A stretch of 64,000 nt of DNA from Candidatus Latescibacterota bacterium (GCA_963707635.1 OY970173.1:1376001-1440000), one strand, 5' to 3'; shown: positions 19,277 through 29,586, counted from the stretch's first letter. Numbers and translations: made by a program. Notes: a model not told the origin generated them from the sequence alone.

Positions 19277-21134
19277 CCTCCGGGAGGGGCCGTTTCGCCT
19301 CCGGACGCTGCTGGTCGTGCTCGGCTTCGGGTTCGCCGCGATCCTTATCCGCCTCTTCGCCCTCCAGGTCGTGCACCACCAGGAATACGCGCAGTTCGCC
19401 CGCGACAACCAGCTCCAGCGCGAGCGTCTGCAGGGCCCCCGCGGTCTCATCCGCGACCGCTACGGCCGCGTGATCGTGGACAACACCATCAACTTCCAGG
19501 TGGTGGTGCAGTGGCGCTCGCGCGATGAAATCGTCGAGACCGTCCGCCACCTCTCCGCGTACATCCCCATCGACACCACCCGCGCGATGACCCGCTTCGA
19601 CGCGTGGCAGAAACGGTACGGGCGCGTCGCGTTTCCGCTGTTTCCCGACGCGGACAAGTTCGTAATCTCCTTCGTCCGCGAGAACGCCGACGACTATCCC
19701 CACGTGCGCGTCGAGTCGCGGCTGCGCCGCCTCTACCCGCCCCGCGGGGTGGCGGCGCACGTGCTGGGGTACGTCGGCGAAGTCACCCCCGAGGACGTGG
19801 CCGCCGGCCACGGCACCTACGAGGCGGGCGACTTCACCGGCAAGGCCGGGCTCGAGAAGCAGTACGAGGACAAGCTCCGTGGCACGCCCGGGCAGCGCGC
19901 GATGGAAATCACCGCCAACGGCACCTCGCTCGGCGAAGTGCCCGAGCTCTCGACGGCGCCGATCCCCGGCAAGGACCTGCACCTCTCGCTCGACTTCGAG
20001 ATGCAGGAGTACCTCGATTCCCTGCTGGCGACGCACGATAATCCCAGTGCCGCCGTCGTGCTCGACGTGAAGACCGGCGGCATCATCGCGGCGGCCAGTC
20101 GGCCGTCCTACGACCCGAACGAGTTCGCCGCGGGTGTGTCCGCTTCCATCCTCGGGGGCCTCCTCGACGACCCGACCAAGCCGATGTTCAACCGCATCTC
20201 GCAGGCACGCTATGCGCCGGCGTCGACGTTCAAGATCGTGGTGACGACAGCGGCGCTGCAGAACGGACTCGTGGACCCGGGCCGCGTGCTCACCTACTGC
20301 GACGGCACGCACCGCTTCGGCAATCGCATCTTCCGGTGCTGGAAGGAGGATGGACACGGCGGCATGAACCTCATGTCGGCGATCATCAACTCGTGCGACG
20401 TCTATTTCTACCGGATCGGGGAGATGATGGACGTCGACGTCCTCGCCGCGTCGGCCACCGCGTACGGCCTCGACCGCAAGACCGGCGTCGACCTCCCGAT
20501 CGAGGTCGCCGGTAATGTTCCCACGCGCCGCTACTACGACAAGCGTTTCGGAAAAGGGCGATGGACGCAGGGCCTGATGATCAACAACGCGATCGGCCAG
20601 GGAGAGTATCTGGCCACGGTGCTGCACGTGGCGCGAATCGCCGCGGCGGTGGCGAACGGCGGGTGGCTGGTCCAGCCCCGTTTCGTCGACCACGTGGACG
20701 GCGAGCCGTCGGTCGAGCCGACGCGGGAGCGCGTGCCGGGGCTGGAGGGCTCGACCCTCGCATTCATCCGCCGCGCGATGCTCGGTGTGGTGGAGTCGCC
20801 CGGGGGCACCGCCCACTGGACTGAGCTTCGGTGGCTCAAGGTGGCGGGAAAGACCGGGACGGCGCAGAACCCGCACGGCGACCACCATTCGTGGTACATG
20901 GCCTACGCACCCGCCGACGACCCCGAAATCGCGCTCGCCATCCTGGTCGAAAACGCCGGGCACGGGGGAGACGTGTCGGCCCCGGTGGCCCGCGACTTTT
21001 TCGCCGAGTACTTTCGCCCGGGACGCCGGGAGGGAAGCGTGGTGTCGCGCGCGCGGCCCACGATGCCCGCCGGGTTCGATTCGCTCTCGGTCGACCGGCT
21101 TCGCGCCGCCGGGGTCGGGAGAATGACGCCATGA
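19254..21134 (+). CDS. mrdA: Penicillin-binding protein 2
   Basis: RGLIRDRYG dimerisation domain; STFK (SxxK), SCD (SxN/D), KTGTAQ. Confidence 0.95.
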   Translation: MAKRDSTSLREGPFRLRTLLVVLGFGFAAILIRLFALQVVHHQEYAQFARDNQLQRERLQGPRGLIRDRYGRVIVDNTINFQVVVQWRSRDEIVETVRHLSAYIPIDTTRAMTRFDAWQKRYGRVAFPLFPDADKFVISFVRENADDYPHVRVESRLRRLYPPRGVAAHVLGYVGEVTPEDVAAGHGTYEAGDFTGKAGLEKQYEDKLRGTPGQRAMEITANGTSLGEVPELSTAPIPGKDLHLSLDFEMQEYLDSLLATHDNPSAAVVLDVKTGGIIAAASRPSYDPNEFAAGVSASILGGLLDDPTKPMFNRISQARYAPASTFKIVVTTAALQNGLVDPGRVLTYCDGTHRFGNRIFRCWKEDGHGGMNLMSAIINSCDVYFYRIGEMMDVDVLAASATAYGLDRKTGVDLPIEVAGNVPTRRYYDKRFGKGRWTQGLMINNAIGQGEYLATVLHVARIAAAVANGGWLVQPRFVDHVDGEPSVEPTRERVPGLEGSTLAFIRRAMLGVVESPGGTAHWTELRWLKVAGKTGTAQNPHGDHHSWYMAYAPADDPEIALAILVENAGHGGDVSAPVARDFFAEYFRPGRREGSVVSRARPTMPAGFDSLSVDRLRAAGVGRMTP

Positions 21135-22378
21135 AGCTCTCCCGCAACTTCGACTGGGTGATCGTGCTGTGCGCGGCGATCCTCACCCTGGTCGGACTGT
21201 CGATCGTGTTCTCGGTCTCGCACTCGATCGGAGACGCGCACGCCGAGTGGCTGCGCGGCTCGTACTTCACGCGCCAGCTCCTGTGGGTCGGCCTCGGGCT
21301 GCTGGTCATGCTGGTCGGGTTCGCGGTTCCGTTTCGGGTCTTCGAAACTCTCGCCTACGCCGCATACGCGGCCTGCCTGACCCTGCTGGTGGTCGTGCTC
21401 CTGCTCCCCGCGAAGGGAGAAACCCAGCGGTGGTTCGTGGTGGGGCCGCTCGCGATCCAGCCGAGCGAGTTCACGAAGGTGGCGGTCCTGCTGGTGTGGG
21501 CGCGGATCCTCTCGGGGCACCGCGCGGATCCGAATCGCCCGCGCACCCTGATCCCGGTGCTGTTTCTCTTCCTGGTCCCCTTTGCGCTGGTGCTCAAGCA
21601 GCCCGACCTCGGCACCGCGATGGTGTTCGCGGGCATCCTGCTCCCGGTCCTGTTCTGGCGCGGGTTCCGCGGCCTCCACATCCTGTTCCTGCTCTCGCCG
21701 CTGGTGAGCAGCGTGTTGATCATCTACGGGGAGAACGTCACCCACAACCCGTGGCCGTTCGGGATCTTCATCGTGCTGATTCTGGTCGTCGCCTACCTGC
21801 GGCGCGCGTTCCTGGTCGAGTCCGTCTCGCTGGTGGTCGCGAACGTCGGCATCGGCCTGTTCCTGCCCGTGTTCTGGAACCACCTCAAGCCCTATCAGCA
21901 GAACCGGGTCACCAATTTTCTGGACCCGGATTCCGACAAGCTGGGCGCGGGCTGGCAGGTGATTCAGTCGAAGATCGCCATCGGGTCCGGCGGTTTCGGC
22001 GGGAAGGGATACCTCGAGGGAACGCAGAAGGCGCTCGAGTACCTGCCCGCCAAGCATACCGATTTCATCTTCTCCGTGCTGGGCGAGGAGCTCGGTTTCG
22101 TCGGCGCGCTCGCGATCCTGTTCGTGTTCGCGGTCCTGATCACGCGCGCCCTCATGGCGGCGCAGAAGATGAAGAGCGAGTTCGCGGCGACGTTGTGTGT
22201 GGGCATCGCCTCCTACTTCGCGTTCCAGGTGTTCATCAATATCGGGATGACGACCGGGATCGCGCCGGTGGCCGGGATCCCGCTTCCCTTCATCAGCTAC
22301 GGCGGGAGTTCCATGCTGGTGAGTTCCTTTTTCATCGGGCTGTTGCTCAACTGCGCGGCGCGGTGGTCGGAGTACTAA
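21131..22378 (+). CDS. rodA: SEDS glycosyltransferase RodA
   Basis: IQPSEFTK, KQPDLGTA, QSKIAIGSGG, HTDFIFS, PLPFISYGGSS; ATGA overlap with mrdA. Confidence 0.95.
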   Translation: MKLSRNFDWVIVLCAAILTLVGLSIVFSVSHSIGDAHAEWLRGSYFTRQLLWVGLGLLVMLVGFAVPFRVFETLAYAAYAACLTLLVVVLLLPAKGETQRWFVVGPLAIQPSEFTKVAVLLVWARILSGHRADPNRPRTLIPVLFLFLVPFALVLKQPDLGTAMVFAGILLPVLFWRGFRGLHILFLLSPLVSSVLIIYGENVTHNPWPFGIFIVLILVVAYLRRAFLVESVSLVVANVGIGLFLPVFWNHLKPYQQNRVTNFLDPDSDKLGAGWQVIQSKIAIGSGGFGGKGYLEGTQKALEYLPAKHTDFIFSVLGEELGFVGALAILFVFAVLITRALMAAQKMKSEFAATLCVGIASYFAFQVFINIGMTTGIAPVAGIPLPFISYGGSSMLVSSFFIGLLLNCAARWSEY

Positions 22379-22461
22379 GACGCACCATGACAGGACGCGC
22401 GCGCGGCGGTATATTCTGACCCGTCGGCGTTGCGCCCCGACTTACCACGGAAGGACCATCG

Positions 22462-23262
22462 ATGCACCCAATCCTCATCCAGCTGGGCCGGATCCAGATC
22501 CGCTCGTACGGTTTCATGCTGGCAGTAAGTTTTCTCCTCGGCATCTGGCTCGCCGGCCGGCGCGCCAAGCGATACGGAGTCGACCCACAGAAAATTCTCG
22601 ATTTGAGCGTGGTCATCATCCTGGCGGCGGTGGTGGGATCGCGGCTCCTCTACGTCGTGTTTCACCTCGACCAGTACTCGAACCCGCTCGACATGTTCGC
22701 GCTCTGGCAGGGTGGGGCGACGTTCTATGGCGGCTTTCTGCTCGCGATGGCGGCGTCCTACTGGTGGGTCCAGCGCAACAACCTGTCCTTCCTGACGGTC
22801 GCGGACGTGATCGCCCCGTCGATGGCGCTCGGGCTCGTGTTCACGCGGGTCGGGTGCCTGCTCAGCGGCTGCTGCTTCGGCAAGCCCACGGATGGACCGC
22901 TGGGGCTGGTGTTTCCGCCGGACTCGCCCGCCGGGAGCGCGGCGGCCGCGTTTGCCGCCGAGAGAGGACTCGGCCACGTGGCGCTCCACCCCACGCAAAT
23001 CTATTCGTCGTTCAAGGGGCTGGTGATCTTCCTGGTGCTGATGGCGGCACAACGGCACATCACCCGCCGCGGAGCGCTGTTCGGACTCTTCCTCGTCCTG
23101 TACGGAATCGGCCGGTTCACAATCGACTTCTTTCGTTTCTACGAACCGAACGCGCGCATACTCGCCGGGCTGACGTTCAACCAGGTAATCAGCGTCGTGC
23201 TGATCCTGGTCGGCGCTCTGCTGCTGGCGCGCCGAGAGAAGCAGGCGCCTGCAACGGGCTGA
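22462..23262 (+). CDS. lgt: Prolipoprotein diacylglyceryl transferase
   Basis: MHPILI, RSYGFM, WQGGATFYGG, RVGCLLSGCCFG, HPTQIY, GRFTIDFFR. Confidence 0.93.
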   Translation: MHPILIQLGRIQIRSYGFMLAVSFLLGIWLAGRRAKRYGVDPQKILDLSVVIILAAVVGSRLLYVVFHLDQYSNPLDMFALWQGGATFYGGFLLAMAASYWWVQRNNLSFLTVADVIAPSMALGLVFTRVGCLLSGCCFGKPTDGPLGLVFPPDSPAGSAAAAFAAERGLGHVALHPTQIYSSFKGLVIFLVLMAAQRHITRRGALFGLFLVLYGIGRFTIDFFRFYEPNARILAGLTFNQVISVVLILVGALLLARREKQAPATG

Positions 23263-23285
23263 CTCTGCGTGGGTGGGGTGGTGGG

Positions 23286-24044
23286 GTGGGGTGGATCGGC
23301 GAAGGGCTGGAGGCGGTCGTCGGCTTTCTGGTCGACGAGCGCTGTCACGCGTGCGGTTCACCGGCGCGCGCGCCCGATTCCGCAGGCCACGAGCCGGTCT
23401 GCCATCCGCTCACCGATTTGCTTCGCCTGCGGGTCGGGCCCTTTCAGTTTGGGACGCGATTGCTGTGCGGGCGGTGCGCGAGGCGGGTGCGGCTGTTTCG
23501 GGAGCCGCTCTTGCTGCCGGCGGTCGCGAGCGCGGCACCCGCGCTGGTCGTTTACCCCGCCTTTGCCACCGACGACACGCTGCTGCGGCTCATCCATGTG
23601 ATGAAGTTCGGCCGGCGGGAGCGGCTGGCCTCGTGGCTCGCCCGCGCAATCTCGAACGGGTTGCCGCGCCGCGCCCTGGACGAGCTGCCCGCGCCGGCCG
23701 TGCTGGTGCCGGTTCCCATGGATCCGCGCTCGCGGCGGCGTCGAGGCTTCAATCAGGCGGAGCGAATCGCGGTCGAGCTCGCGCGCGCGTGGGACGTGCC
23801 GGTCGCGACACGCGCCCTCGCCAAGACCCGCCATACGCTCGCGCAGTCGTCGCTGGGCCGGACCGATCGCGCGCACAATCTCGCTTGCGCGATGGTTCCC
23901 GGGCGTGAACCCGTGGTGGGCAGGTCCACCGTCCTCGTGGATGACCTCGTCACGACCGGCGCCACGGCGGCCGCGTGCGCGGCCGTCCTGCGACTCGCAG
24001 GCGCGGTCTCGGTGCGCGTGGTGTGCGTCGGCTACCGGCCCTGA
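23286..24044 (+). CDS. ComF-family protein (zinc ribbon + phosphoribosyltransferase fold)
   Basis: CHAC and CGRC, LVPVPM, RGFNQAE, VLVDDLVTTGAT; GTG start is approximate. Confidence 0.82.
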   Translation: MGWIGEGLEAVVGFLVDERCHACGSPARAPDSAGHEPVCHPLTDLLRLRVGPFQFGTRLLCGRCARRVRLFREPLLLPAVASAAPALVVYPAFATDDTLLRLIHVMKFGRRERLASWLARAISNGLPRRALDELPAPAVLVPVPMDPRSRRRRGFNQAERIAVELARAWDVPVATRALAKTRHTLAQSSLGRTDRAHNLACAMVPGREPVVGRSTVLVDDLVTTGATAAACAAVLRLAGAVSVRVVCVGYRP

Positions 24045-24075
24045 ACCACGCCGAACCAACGACGCTTCTGCAATC

Positions 24076-24105
24076 TTGACAAGGACTTCCATCGAAAGCT
24101 ATTAT
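24076..24105 (+). promoter_or_regulatory. sigma70-type promoter of the gap-pgk-tpiA operon
   Basis: TTGACA, 18 bp, TATTAT. Confidence 0.75.
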
Positions 24106-24309
24106 CAATTAGGCGGGCGGGAACGATCTCCCGGGCCACGGGATTGCCAGTGTCGATCGTTTCGTCGTAAGGTCGTGGTCTTCCCGGGTGAGCGGTACGC
24201 GACAGCCGGTTCGGTTTCTACTGACGATCAAGCACATGGTGCCCTCGCCGCGTTGGAAGACGTGCGGCCGCGAACGTGGTGAACGAGTGAGGGTGAAGGA
24301 GGGTCTCGA

Positions 24310-25308
24310 ATGGCGATCACGGTCGCGATCAACGGATTCGGGCGCATCGGTCGCCTGGTCTACCGCCATGCGTTCAACGACGCGCGTTTCCACATCGTGG
24401 CGGTGAATGACATCACCAGCCCCGACATACTCGCGCATCTGCTCAAGTACGACTCGGTGCACGGGCGCTTCCCGGGCAAGGTCGTCGCCACCAAGACCGG
24501 CATCGAGGTCGACGGCAAAGCGCTCGACGTGATCGCGGAGAAGGACCCCACCAAACTCCCGTGGAAAGAACGCGGCGTCGATGTCGTGGTCGAATCGACC
24601 GGGTTGTTCACCAAGCGCGACGACGCGGCGAAGCACCTGCAGGCAGGGGCGAAGCGCGTGCTCATCTCGGCGCCAGCCACCGACCCGGACATCACCATCG
24701 TGATGGGGGTCAACGACAAGCAGTTCGACCCCGAGACCCATCGGATCGTGTCCACCGCGTCGTGCACGACGAACTGCCTGGCGCCGGTGGCCAAGGTGAT
24801 CCACGATGCCTTCGGCATCAAGCACGGAATCATGACGACGATCCACGCGTATACCAACGACCAGGTCATGCTCGACCAGCCGCACAAGGACCTGCGCCGG
24901 GCGCGGGCGGCGGCGGTTTCGATGATCCCGACCACCACCGGCGCGGCGCGCGCGGTGACGACGGTCCTGCCCGAGCTCAAGGGCAAACTCGACGGCATGG
25001 CGGTCCGGGTGCCAACCGTGGACGGTTCGCTGGTGGACCTGACGTTCGAAACGGAGAAACCAGCGTCGGTCCCCGCGATCAACCGGGCGATGCTGGAGGC
25101 GTCGAAGGCGGCGATGAAGGACATCATCGAATATACCGAGGACCCGATCGTCTCGGTCGACGTGATCGGCAACCCGCACTCCGCGGTGTTCGACGCGCTT
25201 TCGACCATGGCGATCGGGGACCGCTTCTTCAAGGTGCTCGCGTGGTACGACAACGAATACGGCTACTCGGGCCGTATGGTGGACATGCTTCGTCTCATCG
25301 GGAGATGA
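24310..25308 (+). CDS. gap: Type I glyceraldehyde-3-phosphate dehydrogenase
   Basis: INGFGRIGR, ASCTTNCL, WYDNEYGYS. Confidence 0.98.
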   Translation: MAITVAINGFGRIGRLVYRHAFNDARFHIVAVNDITSPDILAHLLKYDSVHGRFPGKVVATKTGIEVDGKALDVIAEKDPTKLPWKERGVDVVVESTGLFTKRDDAAKHLQAGAKRVLISAPATDPDITIVMGVNDKQFDPETHRIVSTASCTTNCLAPVAKVIHDAFGIKHGIMTTIHAYTNDQVMLDQPHKDLRRARAAAVSMIPTTTGAARAVTTVLPELKGKLDGMAVRVPTVDGSLVDLTFETEKPASVPAINRAMLEASKAAMKDIIEYTEDPIVSVDVIGNPHSAVFDALSTMAIGDRFFKVLAWYDNEYGYSGRMVDMLRLIGR

Positions 25309-25321
25309 GGGTGAGTAAGGA

Positions 25322-26533
25322 ATGAAGAAACTTTCGATTCGTGACTGCGACGTCAAGGGCAAGCGCGTGCTCGCGCGCGTGGACTTCAACGTCCCGCTGG
25401 ACAGCGACCGGAGCATCACCGACGACACACGCATCGTGGAATCGCTCCCGACCATCCGCGACGTGGTGGATCGCGGCGGGCGTCTGATCCTGATGAGCCA
25501 CCTGGGGAGGCCGCGGCACGGCCGCGACCCCGAGCTGAGCCTGGCGCCGGTGGCGCACCGGCTCGCGGAGCTGGTGAAGAATCCGCTGCGGTTCGCCGGC
25601 GATTGCGTGGGCGAGGATGTGCAGCAGAAGGTGGCGGGGTTGCGGGACGGCGAGATCCTGCTGCTGGAGAACCTGCGCTTCCACCCGGGCGAAGAGGCGA
25701 ACGACCCCGCGTTCGCCAGGGAGCTGGCGGCGCTGGCGGACGTCTACGTCAACGACGCGTTCGGAACCGCGCACCGGGCGCACGCCTCGACGGCCGGCGT
25801 GGCCGACTACATCCCGGTGCGGGCGGCCGGGCTCCTGATGGAAAAGGAGCTCCGGGCGCTGGGGCAGGCGCTGAGCGACCCGACGCGGCCGTTTCTGGCC
25901 GTGCTCGGCGGCGCCAAGATCTCGGGCAAGATCGACCTGATCAAGTCGTTGCTCGACCGCGTCGACGTGCTGCTCGTCGGCGGCGGGATGATGTACACCT
26001 TCTTCAAGGCGTCGGGGCTCGAGATCGGCCGGAGCATCGTCGACGAGAAGCACCTGCCGATGTGCAAGGAATTGCTCGCGCAGCGCAAGCCGGGGCGTTC
26101 GCGCCTGCTGCTGCCGGTCGATACCATCGTGGCCCAGGAGATCAATGACGACGCGCCCGCGCGCGAGGTTTCCATCGCGGACATACCGGAGGACTGGATC
26201 GGCGTCGACATCGGGCCGAAGACCGTCGACCTCTTCAAGGCGCAGATCGCGGGTGCCAGGACCATTTTCTGGAACGGACCGATGGGGGTTTTCGAGAAGC
26301 CGTCCTTCGCGGAGGGCACCAAGGCGGTGGCCCGCGCCATCGCCGACGCGACCGATCGCGGTGCGACTACCATCGTGGGCGGGGGCGACAGCCTCGCCGC
26401 GATCAATTTGATGGGCATCGCCGGCCGGTTCACGCACATTTCAACCGGCGGCGGCGCGTCGCTCGAGTTCATGGAAGGGCGGTCGCTCCCGGGCGTCGAG
26501 GCGTTGTGCGACGTCGCCGAAGTAGCGGGATAA
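25322..26533 (+). CDS. pgk: Phosphoglycerate kinase
   Basis: RVDFNVP, LLENLRF, DAFGTAHRAHAS, WNGPMGVFE, HISTGGGASLE. Confidence 0.98.
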   Translation: MKKLSIRDCDVKGKRVLARVDFNVPLDSDRSITDDTRIVESLPTIRDVVDRGGRLILMSHLGRPRHGRDPELSLAPVAHRLAELVKNPLRFAGDCVGEDVQQKVAGLRDGEILLLENLRFHPGEEANDPAFARELAALADVYVNDAFGTAHRAHASTAGVADYIPVRAAGLLMEKELRALGQALSDPTRPFLAVLGGAKISGKIDLIKSLLDRVDVLLVGGGMMYTFFKASGLEIGRSIVDEKHLPMCKELLAQRKPGRSRLLLPVDTIVAQEINDDAPAREVSIADIPEDWIGVDIGPKTVDLFKAQIAGARTIFWNGPMGVFEKPSFAEGTKAVARAIADATDRGATTIVGGGDSLAAINLMGIAGRFTHISTGGGASLEFMEGRSLPGVEALCDVAEVAG

Positions 26534-26546
26534 CGGCGCGCCCGAC

Positions 26547-27305
26547 ATGCCGCGCCGCAAGCTCATCGCCGCCAACTGGAAGATGAACAAGACCATCTCC
26601 GAGGCGACGGCGTTCGCCGCGCAGATGCGACCCGCTCTCGCTGCACTTTCCGCCTGTGACCTCGTGGTCTTTCCCGCTTTTCCCGGTCTGCGCGCGGTCG
26701 CGGTCGCACTCGCCGGCACCGCGGTCGGTGTCGGCGCCCAGGACCTCTTCTGGGAGACGGGCGGCGCGTACACCGGCGAGGTCTCGGCCGCGATGCTCAC
26801 CGACGCTGGCGCGGAGTGGGTGCTCGTCGGCCATTCAGAGCGCCGGCACGTGGTCGGGGAATCGAACGAGGTGGTGGCGCGCAAGTTGGCCGCCGCGCTC
26901 GCCGGCGGGTTGAAGCCGATTCTATGCGTGGGGGAGACCCTCGCCGAGCGCGATGCGGGCAGTCAGGTTCGGGTGGTCGAGGCGCAGCTCACTTCCGCCT
27001 TCGCCGGGCGCAGCGCGGGCGAAGCGGCGCGGACCGTGCTCGCGTACGAGCCGGTGTGGGCGATCGGCACCGGCCGCATGGCGACGCCGGCGGACGCCGA
27101 GCAGATGCACCGCGCCATCCGGGGGTGGCTCGGGAGCCGATTCGGCCCGGACGTGGCCGCGCGCGCGCGCATCCAGTACGGTGGCAGCGTCAAGCCGGAG
27201 AGCGCCCGGAGCCTGCTGGAACGGGACGAGATCGACGGCCTCCTGGTCGGCGGCGCCAGCCTGGACGCGAGTTCGTTCCTCGCGATCGCCCGCGCCGCAC
27301 ACTGA
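26547..27305 (+). CDS. tpiA: Triosephosphate isomerase
   Basis: AANWKMN, GHSERR, AYEPVWAIGTG, YGGSVK, LVGGASL. Confidence 0.98.
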   Translation: MPRRKLIAANWKMNKTISEATAFAAQMRPALAALSACDLVVFPAFPGLRAVAVALAGTAVGVGAQDLFWETGGAYTGEVSAAMLTDAGAEWVLVGHSERRHVVGESNEVVARKLAAALAGGLKPILCVGETLAERDAGSQVRVVEAQLTSAFAGRSAGEAARTVLAYEPVWAIGTGRMATPADAEQMHRAIRGWLGSRFGPDVAARARIQYGGSVKPESARSLLERDEIDGLLVGGASLDASSFLAIARAAH

Positions 27306-27338
27306 ACGCCGGCGCCCGGCCCCCTTTCGGTCCGCGGG

Positions 27339-27367
27339 TTGACTTTCCGACCCTTGTTTGCTAGGCT
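27339..27367 (+). promoter_or_regulatory. sigma70-type promoter for secG-tRNA-Leu
   Basis: TTGACT, 17 bp, extended TG-n-TAGGCT. Confidence 0.6.
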
Positions 27368-27438
27368 CGCTCGCCGCGGTGTGAACGCCGCGCGCGGATT
27401 TCGGCGGGGTTCGTCCCCGGAAGGCAGGGTTTCTCTCC

Positions 27439-27816
27439 ATGTTGTTCAACCTGTTGATTGGTTTGCACGTGCTGGTGTGCTTCGTGCTGATCCTGACCGT
27501 GCTCCTGCAGTCGAGCAAGGGCGGCGGGCTGGCCGGCGCGTTCGGGACGGGCGGGCAAACCATGTTCGGGGGTCAGGAAACGGCGACGTTTTTGAGCCGC
27601 CTCACTACGTACCTGGCCGTGACCTTCATGGTCCTCTCGCTGTTGCTGGCGTTTCTCTCGGCGCGGCGAACGGCGCCCGGCAGCCACAGCGTCGTGCGCC
27701 AGGCCGCGCAGCAGCAGCAGAGCACGATTCCGGAGGGTCAGAGCATCGACGAACTCTTGAACGCCGGGGACACGACGCGCGCCGCCGGCACCGACACATC
27801 GCGTACCCGCCCATAG
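27439..27816 (+). CDS. secG: Preprotein translocase subunit SecG
   Basis: VLLQSSKGGGLAGAFG, FLSRLT; usual tpiA-secG-tRNA-Leu order. Confidence 0.93.
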   Translation: MLFNLLIGLHVLVCFVLILTVLLQSSKGGGLAGAFGTGGQTMFGGQETATFLSRLTTYLAVTFMVLSLLLAFLSARRTAPGSHSVVRQAAQQQQSTIPEGQSIDELLNAGDTTRAAGTDTSRTRP

Positions 27817-27822
27817 AACGCG

Positions 27823-27909
27823 GCCCAGGTGGTGGAACTGGCAGACACGCTATCTTGAGGGGGTAGTAGACGAAAGTCTGTGCGGGTTCGAGTCCCGCCC
27901 TGGGCACCA
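27823..27909 (+). tRNA. tRNA-Leu (anticodon GAG)
   Basis: Acceptor GCCCAGG/CCTGGGC + A-CCA; anticodon arm CTATC-TTGAGGG-GGTAG; long variable arm AGAC-GAAA-GTCT; T arm GCGGG-TTCGAGT-CCCGC. Confidence 0.97.
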
Positions 27910-27963
27910 TGTCATTGACTCGCCGCCGCGCTCTGGAATCGACTGGACACGGCGGGGTACTAG

Positions 27964-27995
27964 AAAACGGGACGCACGGCGTCCCGTTTTGTTTT
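27964..27995 (+). terminator. Rho-independent terminator after tRNA-Leu
   Basis: AAAACGGGACGC-ACG-GCGTCCCGTTTT then GTTTT. Confidence 0.88.
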
Positions 27996-28035
27996 GACGC
28001 GTGAGGCGCCGGCCTCGCGGAAGGAGGAACAGGAA

Positions 28036-29475
28036 ATGGGAAAGACGGGACTCAAGGCGAGCGCCGCCGCGGCGGCCGTGGCTGGCATGCTGGGCGCTTT
28101 TGCCGTGCCGGGACTGGCCGCGGACGCGCGCAGCACCGCCGCCGACCGCAAGTCGGTGGGCATCACCATCTACAACGACAACCTGGGCCTGGTGAAGGAA
28201 GTCCGGTCGGTGCAGCTGGCGACCGGAATACAAAATCTCTGGTTCGAGGGGGTGGCCGCACAGGTCGACCCCACCTCGGTTCACATCCGGTCCGTGGACG
28301 CCCCGAACGCGCTGCACGTGCTCGAACAGAACTTCGAGTACGACCTCATTTCGCCCGAGCGTCTCATGGAAAAGTACCTCGGGCAGCAGGTCGAGCTCGT
28401 CATGCGCAAGGGCGAGAACGAGGAAGAGACGATTCGCGCCCGTCTGATCGGCACGTCGGGGGGCAACGTCTACGAGCTGGAAAACGGCAAGATCGCGGTC
28501 AACCCGCCGGGGCGGGTCGTGCTGCCGGCGCTTCCCTCCGGGTTGATTTCGAAACCGTCGCTGGTGTGGATGCTCGAGAGCAACCGGACCAAGCACACGG
28601 TCGAGGCGAGCTATCTGACCGCGGGCATGGGGTGGAAAGCCGACTACGTCGCCGTGCTGGCGGCGGACGATTCGAAGCTCGACCTCTCGGGATGGGTCAC
28701 GATCGACAACCGCAGCGGGGCGACCTATGACAACGCGTCGCTCAAGCTGGTGGCGGGCGACGTCAACCGGGTCCGGCCGGAACGGCAGCAAATGCTGGCG
28801 ATGGATGACATGCAGGCCGGCATGGCGCGCACCAAGGAGCAGTTCCGGGAGGAAGCGTTCTTCGAGTATCACCTCTATACCCTCGAGCGCCCGGCCACGC
28901 TCAAGGACAACCAGACCAAGCAGATCTCCCTCCTGTCGGCCGAGGGCGCGAAGGCGAAGAAGTCGTTCGTCGTCTCGCCGCTGGCGAATTTCTGGTGGTT
29001 TTCCCGCATCGATGCCTCCGAGAAGCCCAAAGTGGGAGTGTACATCTCGCTGGAGAACTCGAAGTCGAACGGGATGGGAATGCCGCTGCCGAAGGGGACT
29101 GTTCGCGTCTACAAAAAAGACTCCAAGGGCGATCTCCAGTTCGTCGGCGAGGACAGCATCGACCACACCCCCGAGGACGAGACCGTCCGCGTCAAGATGG
29201 GCGACGCCTTCGACATCGTGGCGGAACGGGTACAGACGAGTTTCGAAGTGCTCTCGAGCGGACACCTCTACCGGTCGGCGTACAAGGTGACGATTCGCAA
29301 CCACAAGGCGGAGGGCTTGACCGTGTCGGTGGTCGAGCTCCTGACCGGCGACTGGGCGATCACCCAATCCTCGCACAAGTACGAAAAGGAGGCCTCGCAC
29401 CGGGTGCGCTTCGACGTCCCGGTGGCGTCGAAGGGCGCGGCCGAGCTGACCTATACGGCGGAGATTCGCTACTAG
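28036..29475 (+). CDS. DUF4139 domain-containing secreted protein
   Basis: AGGAGG RBS; signal peptide; ITIYNDNLGLVKE, LEQNFEYDL, WKADYV, FEYHLYTL, GMPLPKGTVRVY. Confidence 0.8.
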   Translation: MGKTGLKASAAAAAVAGMLGAFAVPGLAADARSTAADRKSVGITIYNDNLGLVKEVRSVQLATGIQNLWFEGVAAQVDPTSVHIRSVDAPNALHVLEQNFEYDLISPERLMEKYLGQQVELVMRKGENEEETIRARLIGTSGGNVYELENGKIAVNPPGRVVLPALPSGLISKPSLVWMLESNRTKHTVEASYLTAGMGWKADYVAVLAADDSKLDLSGWVTIDNRSGATYDNASLKLVAGDVNRVRPERQQMLAMDDMQAGMARTKEQFREEAFFEYHLYTLERPATLKDNQTKQISLLSAEGAKAKKSFVVSPLANFWWFSRIDASEKPKVGVYISLENSKSNGMGMPLPKGTVRVYKKDSKGDLQFVGEDSIDHTPEDETVRVKMGDAFDIVAERVQTSFEVLSSGHLYRSAYKVTIRNHKAEGLTVSVVELLTGDWAITQSSHKYEKEASHRVRFDVPVASKGAAELTYTAEIRY

Positions 29476-29528
29476 CGACCGGCCGGGAGAGTGCCCGGCG
29501 GGCGGCCCCGATGTGCGCCACATAGGTG

Positions 29529-29557
29529 TTTACACCGTCCCGGCGTCGTATTAGGAT
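29529..29557 (+). promoter_or_regulatory. sigma70-type promoter
   Basis: TTTACA, 17 bp, TAGGAT ahead of the DUF4446-like gene. Confidence 0.5.
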
Positions 29558-29586
29558 TCGCCGCGATTCGAATCGAGGGGGACGCC

